A stretch of 64,000 nucleotides of DNA from an uncultured Gemmatimonadaceae bacterium (lineage in GTDB: Bacteria; Gemmatimonadota; Gemmatimonadetes; Gemmatimonadales; GWC2-71-9), in contig CAZPER010000001.1 in NCBI GenBank assembly GCA_964585655.1, positions 11,729-75,728 on the forward strand. The letters are read 5' to 3'. A program made the position numbers and the translations under genes. Shown here one piece after another: positions 10,059 through 18,100 of the stretch. Every line of letters begins with the position of its first letter. Position 1 is the stretch's first letter. Under the pieces are notes generated by a model. It saw only the letters and a program-made list of their open reading frames with translations, searched no databases and was not told where the DNA came from.

Positions 10059-11180
10059 TCAGGCCCCCGGCTGCGGGCGGAGGTCCGGATAGACCGTGGC
10101 CACTGGGAGGTCCGACCCGGTCAGCTCCCGAGCACTCCAGGCCAGTATGCGCTGCCGCACCTCCTCCGGCACGTCGAGGTGCCGGTCGGCGGAGCCCCGG
10201 ACGAACAACTCGGCATTGGTCTGGAGAATGTGCGGGGGGTGCATCTCGAAGTTGTCCTGGTGCTGCTGCATGTACTTGAAGCTGCACTTCTCCACCACCC
10301 GGGCCAGTTCGGCCTCGGAGAGCGGGGCGACGCCGAGGAAGTCCGCGACCTGCCGGGCCACGCCGCCGAGGTCCTGCTTCATGTGCTCGAAATAGACGAA
10401 GAGCACGTTGCCGTCCCGCCGGGACCGGGCCCACCACCCCTTCACATGGTCGGGCCAGGTGCCCCACCACATCAGCTCGGGCGACCGGTACCACTCCTCG
10501 AACGCGGCCATCCCCGGCGCCATGGCGCCCACGTTGGTCACCACGAAGTCGATGCAGCTCGCGAAGCAGGATACCGGGTGCCGCGCCACATAGATGTACC
10601 GCGCATCCGGGCGGCTGGGGCAGAGCTGCGCCGGCAGGTGGGTCTTGAGGATCCGGCTGGGCCGCTCGCGCCCAAGCAGCGGGGCCTCGTCCAGCGGCAC
10701 GCTTTTCCGGCCCTCGAGCCATGGCGCCACCGCGTACATCGCGGTGCCGGAAGCCACGAGCGTACCCTCCCCCCGGTGCAGCACCTCGTAGACCACGTGC
10801 TGCATCCACGTGGTGCCGCATTTCATCTGCGTCACCACGAACACGTCCTCCGGCCGCGGCTGGTAGCCCTCGGCCCGGGCAAAGCTCTCCGGGCTGCAGC
10901 TTCCGTGTGGCGCGGCGACGCCCTTGTAGAGGAAGGCCACCCGGCGGAAGTCCAGCTTGGCGAGGCGGGCGTTGAGCCAGAGGAGTGGGGACAGCAGGCG
11001 GGCATGGCGCCGGAGGCGGGACTTGAAGGCCGCCCGTTCCGCCGGCGGCAGGCCGTAGTAGCGGAGCCCGACGGTCTGCTCATCCTCCCACTTGAGCACC
11101 ATCCCGAGATAGATCCCGAACCCCACGTATAGCGCGAACAGCACAGCGAGCAGCGTGATGATCCACCAGACAAGCGACAT
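10059..11180 (-). CDS. membrane-anchored PAPS-dependent sulfotransferase (Sulfotransfer_1-like)
   Basis: N-terminal TM helix WWIITLLAVLFALYVGFGIYLGMV. It carries a 5'-PSB-like loop TQMKCGTTWMQH and a 3'-PB-like motif YIYVARHPVSCF. Confidence 0.75.
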   Translation of the reverse strand: MSLVWWIITLLAVLFALYVGFGIYLGMVLKWEDEQTVGLRYYGLPPAERAAFKSRLRRHARLLSPLLWLNARLAKLDFRRVAFLYKGVAAPHGSCSPESFARAEGYQPRPEDVFVVTQMKCGTTWMQHVVYEVLHRGEGTLVASGTAMYAVAPWLEGRKSVPLDEAPLLGRERPSRILKTHLPAQLCPSRPDARYIYVARHPVSCFASCIDFVVTNVGAMAPGMAAFEEWYRSPELMWWGTWPDHVKGWWARSRRDGNVLFVYFEHMKQDLGGVARQVADFLGVAPLSEAELARVVEKCSFKYMQQHQDNFEMHPPHILQTNAELFVRGSADRHLDVPEEVRQRILAWSARELTGSDLPVATVYPDLRPQPGA

Positions 11181-11216
11181 CGTGCGGGATCTCCGGGAGG
11201 ATGGGGGCGGTGGCGA

Positions 11217-11552
11217 TCAGCGGGCGGGCGCGGGTTCCACGCGCACCACGTCCACGATCTCGCCCACCATGCAGGTGCTCATGAGATCGGCGCGCTTCTT
11301 GAGGATCAGGGTCGCGGCGCGACCGTCCACCAGCACCTCTGCGGGCGCCTGGTCGGGCCGCAGTTCGTACCCCTTCCCGTCCTCTCCGGCAAACCGCCAG
11401 CAGTTCATCCCCACCTGCGACTTGCTCACCGTCCCGGACACCCGGAACTCATCCGCCGCCAGAGCCTGCACCGTGCCCCCCTTGGGCGCGCAGGCCAGCA
11501 GCAGCGTCACGCAGACCGCCACCCCACCCAGCGCCAGCAAACGTCTGATCAT
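11217..11552 (-). CDS. small lipoprotein (two conserved Cys, DUF5818-like pattern)
   Basis: Lipobox LLLAC. Mature part is ~90 aa with the pattern G..C W.F....G..Y.L ... STCMVGEIVDV. Confidence 0.55.
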   Translation of the reverse strand: MIRRLLALGGVAVCVTLLLACAPKGGTVQALAADEFRVSGTVSKSQVGMNCWRFAGEDGKGYELRPDQAPAEVLVDGRAATLILKKRADLMSTCMVGEIVDVVRVEPAPAR

Positions 11553-11804
11553 CCTGCCCTCCCACCGCAGGTCGTGGTCGCCATCCGGACCGGCGGAGTC
11601 TATCCGATCCGGGTCAGAACCGCCAACGCCGCCGGCAGCAGCCAGACCGCCGGGCCGAGCCCGGACCAGGGTTCCCGGCTTGCCGGATGGGAGGCTCCGC
11701 GCCCGGTGGCCCCAAGGGGACAGACCACCAGCATGACCGCGGCCAGCAGGGGCAGGACCAGGGTAGTGCCGGTCACGGCTCGGCCGCCGCCGGGGGCGCA
11801 GCGA

Positions 11805-13277
11805 TCATGGGATGGTCCCTGCGGGAAGGGTGGCAACGGCTGCCCCGGCGCGGCGCTCGGCAAGCCGCCATTCGCGAGGATCGGAGGACAGGGGGCCGCC
11901 AAAGCGCTCGCGCAGGGTGTTGTGCAACTCCCGCCGTTGCCACTCCGGCAGCGACGGCAGGGCCGCCACCAGGGCCGGGACCGCATCGGCGCCCAGCTTG
12001 CCATGATAGTACACGTCGAAGGACCGGACCGAACTGGCTCGCCGGAGGTTTGTCTCTACGATGACCCGCTCGGGATTCACGGCGTTGAGGGTGAAGAGCC
12101 AGGCCCCCCACGCAAGCAGCGTCCCGCGCGCGAACGGCGCCGGGTGTCCCCGGAGCACCGTGGCCACGAACCAGAGCGCCGTCACCGCCAGCCCGCCCAT
12201 GAACGCGGAGGCGAAGAACCGGTCCTCAGTGAGCCCGTACTCCGCCTGGTACAGCGCCATCCGGTGCGCGGCCGAGGCCATGATCGCCAGCACCAGGACC
12301 ACCTGGATCCCCGCCAGGCTCCGGAACACCTGGGCGGCCCGCCGCGACTCCGCATCGAGACGCGCGGAAAGAAGCAACAGGAGGGGCAGCACCAGCGTCG
12401 CCACCATCACCAGCTGGAAGAATCCCTCGCGCGCGTACTCCGCCAGGGTGACTCCGGCCGTCCGCTCCACCCAGGCGGCGCCGCCGAACAGGTACGGGAG
12501 CTGGAAGGCGATGAACGCGGCGAACAGCAGGTCCACCAGCCCCAGCGTCACCGCAACCTCGACCGGACCCAGCCCGCCCGCGCGCGCCGGGCCGGGCGCC
12601 AGGATCCAGCGTCCGGCCTGGGGCAGCGCCCCATGCAGGATCGCAGCCCCCACCCAGGCCGTTGCCAGGGTAATCACCACATGCTCGGCCACGCGCTCGG
12701 GATTGAGGCGGAGGGTATCGGTCAGAAAGTCCCCGAAGACCGGGTCGGCGGAGCCAAGCAGCAGCCCGAAGACCAGCAGCACCGGCGCGGCCAGTAGGAC
12801 TCCGCGAACGTAGGGGGCGACGCGGCTGATCCGGCTCACCTCCCCCGGGCGTCGCTGCTCGTCGAGGATGGTGGCGAACCCCCCCGCCGCAAGCCGCCCG
12901 CCCAGGGCAATGAATGCCCGCACCAACCGCACCACGGTGAGATCCAGCAGCGCCCGCGCCGCCGCCGGCTCGGCCGCGAGCGGCAGGAGCGCGACCACCA
13001 CGACCAGCCCCATCGTGTTCAGCAACAGCAGCGTCTCGTTGGCGCGCCACGCCCAGACCAGCGCGAGCGCCACCGCAGCCAGCAGCAAGTTCCGCTCGAG
13101 CCGAGGCAGGGGCAGCTGCTCGGCCCGGCGATAGCGGACCCAGCAGGCCGCGACCGCGCCGACCCAGAGCGCGACGTTGAGCCCTGGCTCATTCCCCCGG
13201 AACAGCACATTACCCAGCAGGCCGAGGAGGATCACCGGCGCGAAGAGGGAGGGGTGCTCCCGGGTGTCGGTGGTCAT
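11805..13277 (-). CDS. polytopic inner-membrane protein (DUF4153/DUF4173-like)
   Basis: At least 10 hydrophobic helices. Start moved to an ATG that overlaps the uppS stop (ATGA at 13274-13277) instead of the longer track ORF. Confidence 0.6.
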   Translation of the reverse strand: MTTDTREHPSLFAPVILLGLLGNVLFRGNEPGLNVALWVGAVAACWVRYRRAEQLPLPRLERNLLLAAVALALVWAWRANETLLLLNTMGLVVVVALLPLAAEPAAARALLDLTVVRLVRAFIALGGRLAAGGFATILDEQRRPGEVSRISRVAPYVRGVLLAAPVLLVFGLLLGSADPVFGDFLTDTLRLNPERVAEHVVITLATAWVGAAILHGALPQAGRWILAPGPARAGGLGPVEVAVTLGLVDLLFAAFIAFQLPYLFGGAAWVERTAGVTLAEYAREGFFQLVMVATLVLPLLLLLSARLDAESRRAAQVFRSLAGIQVVLVLAIMASAAHRMALYQAEYGLTEDRFFASAFMGGLAVTALWFVATVLRGHPAPFARGTLLAWGAWLFTLNAVNPERVIVETNLRRASSVRSFDVYYHGKLGADAVPALVAALPSLPEWQRRELHNTLRERFGGPLSSDPREWRLAERRAGAAVATLPAGTIP

Positions 13278-13987
13278 GCGCCCTCCTGGGCTTGCAGCCG
13301 GCCGAAGCGCCGGTTCCGCTGGCGGTACTCCCCCATCGCGGCGGCGAGGTCCGCCGTCCCGAAGTCGGGCCAGCAGCGCTCGGTGAAGCAGAGTTCCGCG
13401 TAGGCGCACTCCCAGAGGAGGAAGTCGCTCAGGCGCCGCTCCCCCCCGGTCCGCACCAGGAGGTCCACGTCCGGCACCGGGCGGCGGTCATGGCCGGCCT
13501 GCCCCAGGAAGGCGGCGAACCGCTCCCGGGTCAGCGAGGGCTGGGCGCCGGCCCGCCGGGCCGCGTGCACGATCTGGTCCCGGGCAGAGTAGTCGAGGGC
13601 GATGCGGAGCCGGAGGCTGCGGCCGCCCCGGGTCGCCCGCTCCGCCACCGCGATCGCCGAGCGGACCGGCAGGGGCAAGCGGTCGCGACGGCCAATCACC
13701 GTCAGCTCCACCCCCGCCTCCGCGCCCTCGGTGGCGGTCCCCCGGAGGTATTCGGCGAAGAGCCGCATGAGCTCCTCGACTTCCGCGGCCGGCCGCTGCC
13801 AGTTGTCCGAGGAGAAGGCGTACAGGGTGAGGACGCCGATGCCGTGGGCGGGGGCGGCCCGGACGATCTCCCGCACCCGGGCGGCCCCGGCGCGGTGCCC
13901 CTCCGTCCGGGGCGCGCCGCGGCGCTCGGCCCAGCGGCCGTTGCCGTCCATGATGATGCCCAGGTGCAGCGAAGTACTTTGTTCCAT
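13274..13987 (-). CDS. uppS: undecaprenyl-diphosphate synthase (cis-prenyltransferase)
   Basis: Signature [13 protein letters not shown], then FSSDNWQRP and [19 protein letters not shown] lies 9 nt upstream of the ATG. Confidence 0.9.
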   Translation of the reverse strand: MEQSTSLHLGIIMDGNGRWAERRGAPRTEGHRAGAARVREIVRAAPAHGIGVLTLYAFSSDNWQRPAAEVEELMRLFAEYLRGTATEGAEAGVELTVIGRRDRLPLPVRSAIAVAERATRGGRSLRLRIALDYSARDQIVHAARRAGAQPSLTRERFAAFLGQAGHDRRPVPDVDLLVRTGGERRLSDFLLWECAYAELCFTERCWPDFGTADLAAAMGEYRQRNRRFGRLQAQEGA

Positions 13988-14000
13988 AAAGTCAGGCTCC

Positions 14001-14030
14001 GAAAAAGCGGGCGACCCTGCGGGTCGCCCG
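14001..14030 (-). terminator. rho-independent terminator after the HTH regulator gene
   Basis: On the minus strand, CGGGCGACCC-GCA-GGGTCGCCCG forms a 10-bp stem and is followed directly by CTTTTTC. Confidence 0.6.
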
Positions 14031-14049
14031 GGTGAGGCGGGGCTGGCCC

Positions 14050-14418
14050 CTAGCCGCGGGCCATCCGGATCAGTGCTTCCATGTGGTCGAGGTACCGCTC
14101 CAGGGCGCGGCGGCCGGCGGCGGTGAGCCGGTAGTCGGTGCGCGGCACCCGGCCGTCGAAGCCCTTGCGGCAGGCGATGTAGCCGGCGTCCTCGAGCTGC
14201 CGGGGGTGGCGGCTGGGGTTGCGGCGGCTGGTTTTGGGGGCGGCCTGGAGTTGGCTGAAGGTCGGCGCGTCGTTCGCCCCCGGCGGGCTACCGTGGGCCG
14301 CCCGCAGCCGCTTGTGAATGAGTTTGTCCAGCGCGGGCGCGGCGCGGCCGCCCGCCTCGCCTTTGAGGGGCGCCGGCCCGCCCGGGCCGGCACGCCGTGC
14401 CGCGTTCGACTTAGCCAC
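14050..14418 (-). CDS. winged-helix transcriptional regulator (HTH_34-like)
   Basis: LDKLIH...RLR...FSQLQ...[44 protein letters not shown] matches the short HTH_34 family layout. GTG start overlaps the upstream stop by 8 nt (GTGGCTAA). Confidence 0.6.
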   Translation of the reverse strand: MAKSNAARRAGPGGPAPLKGEAGGRAAPALDKLIHKRLRAAHGSPPGANDAPTFSQLQAAPKTSRRNPSRHPRQLEDAGYIACRKGFDGRVPRTDYRLTAAGRRALERYLDHMEALIRMARG

Positions 14419-15028
14419 CGTGCCTCCGCGCAATCCAGATGCCGAACCCGATGTGCAGCCCGCCGAATCCCGTGGCCAGCAGGGCGTTGCCCGCCGCTGC
14501 GGGGAGCAGCAGCGCGGCGGCGCCAAGGGCGAGGAAGCAGCCCCCCATGACGGGGACGACCCGCACCGAGAGCGCGCCGCCGGTGGTGACCGCCGCGCCG
14601 TAGCAGAGCAGCCAGGTGGCCGGGAGCAGCGTGGTGTTCCCGGCCCGGTAGAGCGCCAGGGTGAGGAGCGCCCCGGCCAGGATCGGGGGCGTATAGGCGA
14701 GGACGAAGCGGCGCCCGGGGCGGCTGGTGAGCGGGGTATCCCCGGCGCTGGCCTTGCGCACCATGGCGATCACCCCGATGGCGAAGGCCAGCCACCCCTC
14801 CCCGACCCAGACCAGCAGCCAGCGCTCCACCGACGGCTGCTGGGCCGCGAGCCAGGCGGCGACCAGGGCCGTGACCCCCATCCCCACCCCGCCCCACCCC
14901 GGCACCCCGGTGAAGGCCCCCGCCCGTTCCATGGTGTCCCGGATGAATGCGAGGTTCTCCCGGGCGCGGTCTTCCAGCGGGGTCTCATCGGCCGGGGACC
15001 GGGGGGCAAGGGGACGGGGGCGAGCCAT
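14411..15028 (-). CDS. integral membrane protein of unknown function (operon partner of the HTH regulator)
   Basis: Five or six hydrophobic helices. The start is ambiguous between ATG at 15028 and TTG at 15079. The ATG is chosen because the TTG lies inside a conserved non-coding-looking motif. Confidence 0.55.
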   Translation of the reverse strand: MARPRPLAPRSPADETPLEDRARENLAFIRDTMERAGAFTGVPGWGGVGMGVTALVAAWLAAQQPSVERWLLVWVGEGWLAFAIGVIAMVRKASAGDTPLTSRPGRRFVLAYTPPILAGALLTLALYRAGNTTLLPATWLLCYGAAVTTGGALSVRVVPVMGGCFLALGAAALLLPAAAGNALLATGFGGLHIGFGIWIARRHGG

Positions 15029-15091
15029 GGCCACAGAATAGGGGCGGGCCCGCCTTTCGTCAAGTACTTTGTTTAGCAAAGTTACAGGGCC

Positions 15092-15124
15092 GGAAAGCGG
15101 GCCGCCCCCTCAGGGGGACGGCCC
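15092..15124 (-). terminator. GC hairpin terminator after the giant lipoprotein gene
   Basis: On the minus strand, GGGCCG(T)CCCCC-TGA-GGGGGCGGCCC forms 11 bp with one bulge and is followed by GCTTTCC. Confidence 0.5.
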
Positions 15125-15134
15125 GGCCCCCGCC

Positions 15135-18100
15135 CTACTGGACGGTCACGAGGCGGATGCCATTGCCCGTCACCGTCAGGAACCCGGGGATCGCGGCCGT
15201 GAACGTACTCGTCCCCGCCGCCACCGGCCGCATCGCCACCCCGCCCTGTGCCGGCCCGTTGGTGGGCGTGTAGTAGATGTTCCCCGTGGCGGCGATCACC
15301 GCCGTCTTCGGCGTGCCGGCACCCACACTGTCCACCAGGGTCGCGGCCGCGGGCGTGGTGCTGGTGAAGGTGACCACCGGCGCCGCCGGCGCCCCCGCCC
15401 GCACCGTCTGGACCCGGACCAGGGCGGTGTTCTGGACGTTCGGCAGGCCGATCTGCGCATAGAAGTTCACGTCGGGGCCGCCCGCGGTGTAGGCGCCGCT
15501 GCCCAATCCCTGGATCTCCACCGCCGGCCGGTCCACCGACACCCCGACGGTGCCGTTGGTGAAGCCGGAGGCCACCGCGGTGATTGTGACCGTGGTCGTG
15601 CTGCTGATCCCCTCCAGCCCTGCCGCGGTGAAGCTGAAGCCGGTCTGGCCGTTGGCCAGGACAATCTGGATCGATCCGCTCCCCGGCGTCGTGGCATTCG
15701 GCGCCAGCAGGAGGATGGTGCTGTCGGAGGAGGTCAGCGTCACCGTCACCCCGCCATGCTGGCTGGCGCCGAGGTTGCCGAATCCGCCCTCCTGCAGGCC
15801 GCTCCCGATCGTCGGGTAGTTGGTGCTCAGGCTGATGCTCGGCTGGATGACGTTCACCGTCCGGGCACCGCTGTTGATGGCCGGAGTGAAGCCGGGCATG
15901 CTGACCGAGATGATCGTCGAACCGACGAGGAGCGGCCGGAACGCCACCCCGCCGCCCGCCGTTCCGCTCGGGTAGGTGTAGTAGACGTTCACCGGGACCC
16001 GCGCGGTGCCGCTGGCGGCCCCGCCGCTCGCGGCCGAGAGGCTGTCCAGCACGGTGCCCACCGCGGCGGTCCCGCTGGTGAAGGTGGCCGTCAGGGTGCC
16101 GCTGGCACCGCCCCGGCGATTCTGGACCCGGGCGAGGTTGAAGTTGCCCCCGCCAAGCACGCCGATCTGGGCGTAGAAGTTCGCGTCGTTGTCGAAGGGC
16201 GTCATCTGCCCCGGGAGGCCCTGGATCTCGACCCCGGGCGTCACGGTGCGGACCAGGACGCTCTCCGGCGCGAAGCGGGGCTCGGATATCACCACCCAGG
16301 TGCTGTCCAACACCCCCTCGAGCGCCTGATAGTAGACGGTGACGCCCGTCTGGCCGTTGGCCAGGTTCCGGGTGAAGGACGGGACGCCCGGGCCGGCCGG
16401 GAGGGTGTCCACCAGGACCACGGCGGGGTTGCGGGTGGTAACCGTCACCGCCGCGCCACCATGTTGGCTGGCAGACAGGGAGCCGAACCCGGACTCCTGC
16501 AGCCCGCTCCCGATGAGGGGATAGTTCACCCCGATACTCGTGGTCGGCTGGGTGACCGCGATGCCGCGGCTGGAGGTGCCCATCGTGGCGTACCCCACCG
16601 CGCTCACCCGGACGGTGTCGTTGCCGGCGACCAGCGGCCGGAAGTGCACGCCGCCGGTGGCCGGACCGCTCGGCGGGGTGTAATAGAGGCTGCCGGTGGT
16701 GTCGATGGTCACCGTGACGGTATCCGCGCCGCCGGTGCCCAGGGTGACGCTGTCGGCCAGGATGCCGGCTCCGCCGGGCAGGCTCGCGAACGTGACCGGG
16801 AGCGGCGCCGGCGCGCCGCCCCGGAGGTTCTGCACCCGGGCCAGGGCAGTGAACTGGCCGTTCGCCACCCCGACCTGCGCGTAGAGGTTGTTGACGCCGG
16901 TGAGCGTGGTGGTGGTGGTCGGAAGTCCCTGCAGCTCCACCGCCGGCTGCACCGCCGTGACCAGCACCGAGTCGGACGCGAAGCGGGGCTCGCTCACCCG
17001 GATGTAGCCCGACAGGAACTGGGAGAATTCCTTCACCTGCACGTAGTAGGTCACACCGGTCTGGCCGTTCGGCAGTGGCTTCACGATGGAATCGTACCCG
17101 GGGCCGTTCGGCAGGGTGTCGATGACGAACACCGTCGGATCGAGCGAGCGAATGGTCACCGAGGCGCCACCGTGCTGGCTGGCCCCGAGGCTGACGAAGC
17201 CGGCTTCCTGCAAGCCGACCCCGATCTGGGGGAAGTTGATCGAGATCGAGGTGACCGGCTGGGTGACGGTGATGCCCCTGGTGGCGTTGGCCAGCGTGAG
17301 GAAGCTCGGCGCCGTGGCCGACACCGAATCGGTGCCCTGCCCCGCCGGCTTGAAGCTGATGCCACCGGTCGCCGGGCCGGACGGGGGCGTGTAGTACACC
17401 CCCGACCCGATCACGGCCTGGGCGGTCTGCGCCCCTGCCGGGGTGGCGCTGTCGATCACGACGCCGACGGCCGTGCCGCCCTGGATCGAGAACGTCACCG
17501 GGATGGGCGCGACTCCGGGCCGGTGATTCTGCACCCGGGCCAACCCGGTGAGCTGGCCATTCGGCACCCCGACCTGTGCGTAGATGTTGCTCACCGTGGA
17601 CAGCGTCGTGGTCGTGGTCGGAAGGCCCTGCAGCTCGATGCCGGAGGCGACCACGGTCACGGTGTCGGGCACCGGGGCGAACCCGGGGGCCGAGGCCGTC
17701 ACCACCGCGGGGCCACCCACTCCCTCCAGGCCGTGCACGTAATAGGTGAAGCTGGTGCTCAGCGGCGGGACGGGGACCGTCAGGCTCCCAACTCCCGGGG
17801 TGCCCAGCGCGGTCGAGAGCCGGAGGAGCGACGAATCCGAACTGGTCAGCGTGACGGTCAGGCCGCCATGGTTGCTCGCCGCGAGGAAGACATTGCCGCT
17901 CTCCACCAGCCCGTTCCCGACCTCCGGATAGTTGGTGCTGGCCGTGATGGCCGGGGCCGGACTCACGGTCACCAGCAGGCTGTCCGCCTGCAGGTTGGGC
18001 GCCGTCGCCACCAGGTATGTCGAGCAGGTCAGGCCGGCCGACCCGCCATAGCTCACCGTCGAGGTGGTGCTCACCTGGCCGGTGATGATCGTGACCGGCG

